From the NCBI RefSeq assembly GCF_963921235.1, contig NC_086097.1, positions 218,180,001 through 218,244,000 on the forward strand: a stretch of DNA of 64,000 nt, given 5' to 3'. The translations under genes were made by a program, and so were the position numbers. This document shows, one piece after another, positions 1 through 64,000 of this stretch. The stretch comes from Mobula hypostoma (lineage: Eukaryota). Position 1 is the stretch's first letter; each line of letters begins with the position of its first letter. The notes below the pieces were generated by a model. It had not been told where the DNA came from, made no database searches, and saw only the letters and a list, made by a program, of their open reading frames with translations.

Positions 1-715
1 CATTGTCTGGGACTTCAATCAGGCAGGCTTGTTTGAAGAAATTTCTGACCATTCATTATCAACATATCACCTGCAGCACTAGGGGCCTCAACACGCACAA
101 CGATTAGGAATGCCTACTGTTCCATGCCTAGACATTATTTTCGTAAATCTGAATCTTTGGCTGTCCTCCTCTTCCTACATGCATAGAGGCTAAAGAGCAG
201 GGCTCCAGACACAAGGACAACGAAGAGGTGGTCTCGGAAGTCTGAGGAGCAGCCACTGGACTGCTTCAAGTCGGTGGACTGGGCCATTTTCAAGGAATCA
301 GAGGATCTGAATGAATACATCACTGTTGTAATGGACTTTATAAAAACAATTGTAGATGAGTGTATCCCCACTAAATCATTCAGACCATTCCCTTACCAGA
401 TGCCCTGGATGAACAATGTGATCCACAAAAGGGCCAGAGCAATGGCATTCAGGTCTGACAATCAAATTAAATACAAGAGGTCCAGATATGATCTCTGGAA
501 AGCCATCTCATGTGTGAAGTGGCCATTCTGGACCAAACTTGAAACACTGCAGGATACTTGTCAGCTCTGGCAGTGCGCGAACACTGTCACTTCCTACAAG
601 CAGCATAGGTGACAACAAGGCTTTGCACCCAGATGAGCTCAATGCCTTTTATGCAACACACATCAAAGTTGCTGGTGAACGCAGCAGGCCAGGCAGCATC
701 TCTAGGAAGAGTTAC

Positions 716-751
716 AGTCGATGTTTCAGGCCGAGACCCTTCGTCAGGACT
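716..751 (-). ncRNA. Minimal type I hammerhead ribozyme motif (stem III altered to ACAU)
   Basis: Minus strand reads AGTC-CTGACGA-AGGGTCTCGGCCT-GAAAC-ATC-GACT. Confidence 0.7.
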
Positions 752-2170
752 AACTGAAGGAAGAGTGAGTAAGAGATTTGAAAGTTGGAGGGGGAGGGGG
801 AGATCCAAAATGATAGGAGAAGACAGGAGGGAGAGGGATGGAGTCAAGAGCTGGACAGGTGATTGGCAAAAGGGATACGAGAGGATCATGGGATAGGAGG
901 TCCGGGAAGAAAGACAAGGGGGGCGGGGAACCCAGAGGATGGGCAAGGGGTATATTCAGAGGGACAGAGGGAGAAAAAGGAGAGCGAGAGAAAGAATGTG
1001 TGTATAAAAATAAATAACAGATGGGGTACGAGTGGGAGGTGGGGCATTAGCGGAAGTTAGAGAAGTCCATGTTCATGCCATCAGGTTGGAGGCTACCCAG
1101 ACGGAATATAAGGTGTTGTTCCTCCAACCTGTGTGGCTTCATCTTTACAGTAGAGGAGGCCATGGATAGACATGTCAGAATGGGAATGGGATGTGGAATT
1201 AAAATGTGTGGCCACTGGGAGATCCTGCTTTCTCTGGCATACAGAGCGTAGGTGTTCAGCAAAACGATCTCCCAGTCTGTGTCGGGTCTCGCCAATATAT
1301 AGAAGGCCACATCGGGAGCACCGGACGCAGTATATCACCCCAGCCGACTCACGGGTGAAGTGTCGCCTCACCTGGAAGGACTGTCTGGGGCCCTGAATGG
1401 TGGTAAGGGAGGAAGTGTAAGGGCATGTGCAGCATTTGTTCCGCTTACACGGATAAGTGCCAGGAGGGTCCCTTAAGTGTAAGCGGAACAAGTGCTAACA
1501 TGCCCTTACACTTCCTCCCTTACCACCATTCAGGGCCCCAAACAGTCCTTCCAGGTGAGGCGACACTTCACCCGTGAGTCGACTGGGGTGATATACTGCG
1601 TCCGGTGCTCCCGATGTGGCCTTTTATATATTGGCGAGACCCGACGCAGACTGGGAGACCGCTTTGCTGAACACCTACGCTCTGTCCGCCAGAGAAAGCA
1701 GGATCTCCCAGTGGCCACACATTTTAATTCCACATCCCATTCCCATTCTGACATGTCTATCCACGGCCTCCTCTACTGTAAAGATGAAGCCACACTCAGG
1801 TTGGAGGAACACCACCTTATATTCCGTCTGGGTAGCCTCCAACCTGATGGCATGAACATCGACTTCTCTAACTTCCGCTAATGCCCCACCTCCCCCTCGT
1901 ACCCCATCTGTTATTTATTTTTATACACACATTCTTTCTCTCACTCTCCTTTTTCTCCCTCTGTCCCTCTGAATATACCCCTTGCCCATCCTCTGGGTTC
2001 CCCGCCCCCCTTGTCTTTCTTCCCGGACCTCCTGTCCCATGATCCTCTCGTATCCCTTTTGCCAATCAGCTGTCCAGCTCTTGGCTCCATCCCTCCCCCT
2101 CCTGTCTTCTCCTATCATTTTGGATCTCCCCCTCCAACTTTCAAATATCTTACTCACTCTTCCTTCAGTT

Positions 2171-2206
2171 AGTCCTGACGAAGGGTCTCGGCCTGAAACG
2201 TCGACT
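2171..2206 (+). ncRNA. Minimal type I hammerhead ribozyme, intact core; predicted cleavage after C2202
   Basis: AGTC-CTGACGA-A-GGGT CTCG GCCT-GAAAC-GTC-GACT: stem I AGUC/GACU, core CUGANGA and GAAA, palindromic ACGU stem III, GUC triplet. This is the established Penelope-associated hammerhead type. Confidence 0.85.
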
Positions 2207-3309
2207 GTACCTCTTCCTAGAGATGCTGCCTGCCCTGCTGCGTTCACCAGCAACTTTGATGTGTGTTGCTTGAATTTCCAGCATCTGCAGAATTCCTGTT
2301 GTTCAATGCCTTTTATGCTCGCTTTCACCATCAAAACATGGAGGTACCTTCACAAACTCCCACAGCCCTGATGACCCTGTGATTTTAGTTTCTAAGGCCA
2401 ATGTGAGAGCATCTTCAGGAGGGTGAACTCATGGAAAGCATCCAGCCCAGATGGGGTACCTGCCTGAGTACTAAAGATCTGTGTTGATCAACTGGCTGGA
2501 GTGTTCACCAATATCTTTAACCTCTCACCTCAACTGTCTGAGGTATCCACCTAGTCCAAACAGGCTTCAATTATACTGGCACCTAGGACGAAAGTAGTAA
2601 TCTGCCTCAATGATTATCATCCAGTCGCACTTACAACCACTGTGATGAAGAGCTTTGAGAGGTTGGTGTTGAAACATATCAATGCCTGCCTGAGAAGTGA
2701 CTTGGATCCACTCCAATTTGCCCACTGTTAAAACACATCAACAGCAGATGTCATTTCAGAGGCTCTCCAGTGATTACTGGAGCAACTGGATAGCAAAGAT
2801 GCATATGTCAGGATGCTCTTCTTTGACTACAGCTCGGCATTCAGTACTTTATTCCCACGAAGCTGATCAATAAGCTTCAAGTCCACAGCTCAATACTTCC
2901 TTCTGCAACTGGATCCTCAGTTTCCTCACTTGCAGATCCCTGTCAATTCAGATTGGCAACATCTCCTCCACAATCTCTATCAGTACAGGTGCACCACAAG
3001 GCTGTGTGCTTAGCACCACCCCCTCCCACTCTACTTATGACCGAGGCCAAGCACAATTCCAATGCCATATTTAAGTTTGCTGATGACTCCACTGTTACTG
3101 CCCAGATCCAAGGTGATGATGAATCAGCATATAGGACAGAGAATGAAAATCTGGCTGAGTGCTGCCACAACAACTTCAATGTCAGCAAAATTAAGGAGCT
3201 GATTATTGACTTCAGGATGAGAAAACTGGAGATCCATGAACTTGTCCTCATCAAGGGATCAGAGGTGGAGAGAGTCAGCAACTTTAAATTCTTCGGTGTT
3301 TGCATTGTA

Positions 3310-4060
3310 AGCAAACTTGGTTAATGTACCTGCAATTTGCCTAAGCTATTAAAATAGTTTGTAAATCGTTGAGGCCCCAGCAGTGACACCAATGGTATTC
3401 CACAATATGCAGCTTGTGAATATGAAAATTAACCATTCACTCTATTTTCTGTAAGTTAGTCAGCTTTCTATCCATGCTAATATACAATCTTCAATACTAT
3501 GACCTCAAACCTTATGCAGATATACACTACGTATCCACTGGTTATCCTAATTTTGCCTTTTCATTACGTGTTTAATAGATTTGTCAAATAAGATTTTTCT
3601 TTTATCAAACCACTGTATGCAGATTCTGCCTGACTGCATTTTTTAAAAATGTTCTTCCAGTAGCTTTTAAAAAATGAACCAGCACTTTCCCAGTTACAGC
3701 TGCCAGACTAACTGAGCTATAGTTTCTATAGCTATAGTCACTCTCCTTCCTTGAATCGGGGCTTACACCTGCAATTTTCCAATCCATTGGGATCTTCCAG
3801 AATAAGGAAATTTTGAAATGCCACAACTAATGCAACCCCATCTCTGCAGCTACTTCTTTTAAAACCCAAGGATAGCCATCAGATACAAGTGACATGACAG
3901 CCTTTAGTCCCCTTAGTGTGCCTGGTACTGTATTCTTTCTCTACTGATAACTGTTTTAGTTTTTCCCCCTTACCTTTCATTTTCTGCAGACTTTTAGTAT
4001 CAACCAATGTGAAAGTAAACCAAATATGTATTCAGTCTTTCCCCTTTCCCTGCTTCCCTT
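3310..4060 (-). mobile_element. Highly decayed CR1 LINE RT fragment
   Basis: ORF 3605..3826 (IPMDWKIAGVSP...NYSSVSLAAVTGKVL) is homologous to the CR1 VPEDWRVANVTP...NYRPVSLTSVVGK seen elsewhere in the window. Confidence 0.7.
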
Positions 4061-5038
4061 TACTGATATCTCAGTTTCATGTTCTAAAAGGGTACAATAA
4101 TTTTTTGGTTTTAATTATATAATTTTAGTAGTCCTGTGGTCCTTACTGTGCTTTTATACACTTGCAAGAAAATAAATAGAACATTTTGTTTTCTTTCTCT
4201 CCAGGTAAGACATACAAACTCCTTACAGACAACACTGGGAATTGAACTGTAGGTGAACTGCCAATTATTCATTTTTTCTTAACTGCCCGGCCACCACCAA
4301 AATGTGTAACCTTTTAACCTTTATCATTCCTTAAATTCCTCAGATACAGATGGATCATTTTTTTTCCCTCTGAATCCTTATTTCTTAATAGCATGTGTTG
4401 TTATTTAGAATTCTGGATTATCTCCATGAATGTAGCCTTTGTTTATTTGCTAACATTTCTTTTAATCCATTTTCACAGTCCACTTTAAATAACTCTGAAG
4501 TCATACCTTTGCCAGTGTCTTAATTTAAATTTAGGATTTTATTTCTGTGCATACATACTTGCTCATGTTGTGTTGTGGCACTGAACAATTTATGATCAAA
4601 TACTGTTTAAATTCAAGGTGGCCAATTTGGCTGAGGCACTTAAACAGCTGTAAGTGAATTTGGAATAATTGTCACATTAATCTGTGTTGTACGAAGAGCA
4701 GCAGAACAAATGAAAGAAAAATGCATTGAAACAGCATCATGATCTTGTCCAACATTTTTGAGGTTGCAGTACTTAGTTTCATGCTCAATTGCAAATAATT
4801 CAATTAAATATATTTTAATTACATGTGATATAGTTATGACTAGGTTGTTAATTTCTTAACAGCCTAGTGATAATCAACAATCTTTAGCAAGAATGCAACC
4901 ACTTTTTCTTTGCATTTCATGACATTACCTATAATGCGTCCCACTTTTCAATATCCCCGTACTGAAAAGGTACCTATTTGCTTCCAGGCTTTCTTTCTAA
5001 ACATTGATTACTGTTTTAGTTACAGATATCCTTTGGAT

Positions 5039-5747
5039 CAGCAGTCCCCAACCACCAGGCCGCGGATTGGTACCGGGCCGTGAGGAAACGATATGAGTCA
5101 GCCGCATCTTTCCTCATTCCCTGTCACGCACTGTTGAACTTGAACGTAGGGTTGCCAACTGTCCCGTATTTGCCGGGACATCCTGTATATTGGGCTAAAT
5201 TGGTTTGTCCCGTATTTCCCCCACTAAGGTACAGCGTTCCTATGAAACCTTTCGTGCCGAAATGGTGTGAAGTGAAGTAGCAATTACTATTAATTTATAT
5301 GGGAAAAATTTTTGAGTGTTCCCAAACCCAAAAAATAACCTAACAAATCATACCAAATAACACATAAAACCGAAAATAAATAACACTAACATATAGTAAA
5401 TGCAGGAATATGATAAATACACAGCCTATATAAAGTAGAAATAATGTATGTATAGTTGGGAAGATGAAGGCAAAACTGATTTGTGGGGAAAAAAACCAGC
5501 ACGTATGTGCATGCGCACACAGGTGCCTGCGCAAGGCTTCATGGTCATGGTAGTCTTTCCAGGGGTAAAGTGTCCCGGGATTTGACTGCTACTTTTGTCC
5601 CTTATATGGGAGTGAGAATGTTGGCAACCCTAACTGTAAAAGACATGTTGAGGTGAGTTTAACACTCCCCTCCCCCCCACCCCCGGTCCGCAAGAATATT
5701 GTCAATATTAAACCGGTCCGCAGTGCAAAAAAGGTTGGGGACCCCTG
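5039..5747. mobile_element. Non-autonomous hAT (Charlie-like) element with nested hAT and Tigger pieces; 8-bp TSD
   Basis: TIRs CAGCAGTCCCCAACC / GGTTGGGGACCCCTG; TSD ctttggat at 5031-5038 and 5748-5755; inner TIR pair TAGGGTTGCCAAC / GTTGGCAACCCTA at 5147-5632. Confidence 0.9.
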
Positions 5748-6039
5748 CTTTGGATGGTTTGAAATGATGAATTTCTTAAGCTTGGATAGTTTTATTGATC
5801 ATTATTTTCAATTTGTATTCTTCTTGCAATTCAGACTAAATTCTCTCCGAAACTTCTGGTGAAAATATAAGATTATAAACCCAGCATAAAATTCATGAAC
5901 AAGAATTAAAAGCATCCTAAATATCTGCACTATATATCCAGATCTATTTCACAGCCTGAAAATACAGACCATATCTACTAAAAATATTTTAATATACCAT
6001 ATTTTTTGAATAATTTCAAAAACATTTTCTTCACTTTAC

Positions 6040-61583
<55,544 letters not shown>

Positions 61584-61959
61584 CTGTTAAAGAATAAAAA
61601 TACAAATTCAGTAAATATCAATATTTCACAGTGTCAATATATCAACAAACATCTCAAGCAACTGGAGAAAATTCGGTCAACCTAAGACTATTTTATGTTC
61701 TTTTCAATTATCCAATTTAAATATTTCGCAATTTTTGTTTCAAAAATGCAATGGTCTTTCTGCCTCAAACATCTTACTGTTGCAAATGAATCAACTGTCC
61801 AAAATTATGTTTTGATGACACTGAAAATCTGAAAAAGGGTGAAGGCTACTGCAAATACTCAGCAAAACAGGAACATAGCAGATCATTTTTTCCATCAAAA
61901 ATCTTCTTTATATGCCACAATTGGCAAATTTATTTTGCTGCCAAAAAACTAGCAAAGTA

Positions 61960-62716
61960 TGAAAGTTCAAAGTAAATTTATTATCAATGTACATACATGT
62001 CGCCCTGAGATTCAAACAGTTACAGGCATTCACAGTACATACACAGAAACACCATGGAATTAATGAAAAATTGCACAAGACGAACAACCAATTGTGCAAA
62101 AGACAACAAACTGCGCAAAAACAAAAAAAAACAAAATAATAATAAATAAATACACAATAAATATTGAGAACATGAGATGAAGAGTCCTTGACAGTGAGTC
62201 CATAGGTTGTGGGAACAGTTCAATAATTGGGTGAGTGAAGTTATTTCCACGGGTTAAACAGCCTGATGGTTGAGGGGTAATAACTGTTCCTCATCCTGGT
62301 AGCATGGGTTCTGAGGCTCCTGTACCACCTCCTTGATGGTAGCAGTAGAAAGAGAGCATGGCCTGGATGGTGGGGTTGCTTGATGATGGACGCTGCTTTC
62401 CTGCTACACTGCTCTTTGTAGATGTCCTCAATGGTGGAGAGGGCTTTACCTGTGATGGACTAGGCTGTATTCGCTACACTTTGTAGGATTTTCTGTTCAA
62501 GGACATTGGTATTTCCATACCAGCCATAATGCAACCAGTCAGTATATTCTCCACTGAACATCCAAAGAAATTTGTCAAAGTTTTAGGTGACATGCTAAAT
62601 CTTCATAAACTTCTAAGAAAGTAGAGGTGCTGCTGTGCTTTCTTTGTAATGGCGCTTACGTGAAAGGCCCAGGACAGGTCCTCTGTAATGATAACACCAA
62701 GGAATTTAAAGTTGCT
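61960..62716 (-). mobile_element. Rex1/Babar-like LINE 3' part
   Basis: NFKFLGVIITEDLSWAFHVSAITKKAQQHLYFLRSL; tail ataataaatttactttgaactttc. Confidence 0.85.
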
Positions 62717-62839
62717 ATGGTTAAACATTTTATGGTCTAAAGTTAAGTGTAAAGTATATTGCATGAATACTTTCGGGGAGTGCAGTAGAATGATGGATAA
62801 ACAAACAGATAACACTGACACTAGCAACAATCTAACATG

Positions 62840-63218
62840 AATACCATCCAGGCCATGCCCTCTTCTCACTACTATCATTGGGCAGAAGGTAAAGAAGCCC
62901 TAGGTCCCACACCACCAGGAATAATTATTACCATACAACCATCGTGCCCCTAGACCAGCATGGATAACTTCAATCACTTCAGTACTCAGCTGATACTACG
63001 ACCTAAAGATTCACTTTCCAGGACTCTTTATAACTTGAGCTCAGTATTAGTTTTAATTTGTGAGGTTTCTCTTCTTTTGTATATTGACTTGTCTGTTTAT
63101 GTACAGTTTTATGTAAACACTACTGCATTTTTTCCTGTAAATGCCTGGAAAAATGAATCTCAAAGTAGTACGTGATAACATATACATACTTTGATAATAA
63201 ATTTACTTTGATCTTTGA
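62840..63218 (+). mobile_element. Rex1/Babar-like LINE 3' end
   Basis: HPGHALFSLLSLGRR; tail gataataaatttactttgatctttgaa. Confidence 0.75.
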
Positions 63219-63539
63219 ATAGACCATGAATAAAATCAGCAAAGCAGTGTAACGGAGTCAAAAAGGCTACTGAAAGGCATTTTGGCGACATTATGAATTA
63301 TTCATTTTTATACAGGACCTGTAACTTATTTTGGAGTTTGTGATCCGAGGTGTATATTCTTAAGGATAGAGGGCTTAATATTTTCAACAGAAGATGTGAA
63401 TGTAGATTTAATATCATAATAAGATCAATCATGATGTCATTGAAATACAGAGCAGATTCATGAGGCAAGTGGCTCACTCCTGCTACTAATTTATAAGATG
63501 TTATCTCTTAGCCATGGGAAAACATCTTCCCCATATCTA

Positions 63540-63754
63540 CAAAATCTGCAGATACTGGAAATCTAAGGAATGCACACAAAAAGCTGGAGGAAATCACCAG
63601 GCCAGGCAGCATCTATGGAAAAGAGTACAGTTGACGTTTTGGGCTGAGACCCTTCATCCGGACCTTGATGAGGGGTCTCGAACCGAAACATCAACTGTAC
63701 TCTTTTCCACAGATGCTGCCTGGCCTGCTGAGTTTCTCCAGCATTTTGTGTGTC
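63540..63754. mobile_element. Second miniature palindromic Penelope-derived element with two opposed decayed hammerheads; 11-bp TSD
   Basis: Inverted repeat centred near 63662; TSD ccccatatcta at 63529-63539 and 63755-63765. Confidence 0.85.
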
Positions 63755-64000
63755 CCCCATATCTAACATGCCCAGCCTTCTAAATATTTGTACATTTTAA
63801 TGAAGTCACCTCCCAGTATTCTAAAATTGGAGGCTTAAGTCTTGCACCATTTAATAAAATCACTACCCCAGGAACCAGTCTGGCAAATCTTTGTAGCACT
63901 CCCTCGACACCAATGCCCTTTTCAGTAGATTAAGAGGGCAAAAGCATGCGAAGTACTCCAGTCTAATTCAGAAAGTATTTTCAGCCCCTTTTTCACGATG

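Larger units (their letters stand above)
655..2302. mobile_element. Penelope-like element: palindromic pair of 5'-truncated copies (GIY-YIG plus 3' end), 16-bp TSD
   Basis: Arm 655-1468 (-) mirrors arm 1477-2302 (+). Both encode VIYCVRCSRCGLLYIGETR...EH. TSD tcaatgccttttatgc at 639-654 and 2303-2318. Confidence 0.93.
1..3305 (+). mobile_element. Decayed Rex1/Babar-like LINE (APE remnant plus RT), interrupted by a Penelope-like insertion at 655-2302
   Basis: GDFNQ near 10, DW..F/PWMN (ORF 274..612), then [27 protein letters not shown] and FKFFGV motifs with stops and frameshifts. The host reads through across the TSD. Confidence 0.85.

Noticed and set aside
1492..1881. Stand-alone GIY-YIG nuclease gene
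   Set aside because: It is the C-terminus of a 5'-truncated Penelope ORF with no true start codon, and it has multiple decayed paralogues in the window.
1..6039. ARFGEF1 exon 18 (VKNKMTKEQY...)
   Set aside because: Not found; it must lie to the left of the window.
61960..63218. Head-to-head Rex1-like pair as a single double-ended insertion
   Set aside because: About 120 bp of unrelated sequence separates the arms and no TSD was found; likely independent insertions.

Overview
Vertebrate genomic DNA, most likely from a cartilaginous fish (shark or ray; inferred from the repeat complement, not provable here). The whole window lies inside one minus-strand gene, ARFGEF1 (BIG1, brefeldin A-inhibited Arf GEF). 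Sixteen coding exons (equivalent to human exons 2-17) run from 61583 to 6040, all GT-AG and phase-consistent, covering the DCB and HUS domains and most of Sec7. Exon 1 and exons 18 onward lie outside the window. The introns hold decayed and often nested mobile elements: CR1 and Rex1/Babar-like LINEs, RTE, L1/Tx1 and HERO-type fragments, Tc1, Tigger, hAT and Harbinger DNA transposons, and at least nine Penelope-like (GIY-YIG) pieces. The most notable non-gene signal is the Penelope-like family. Its 3' end carries a minimal hammerhead ribozyme. Four insertions, each bounded by an 11-16 bp target-site duplication, have the element 3' end facing outward at both termini. Two of these are ~200 bp palindromes made of two opposed hammerheads and their 3' tails. 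There is also an in-frame CR1-RT/HERO-endonuclease chimeric ORF. TE boundaries without a TSD or TIR are approximate, and family names come from motif recognition rather than a database search.
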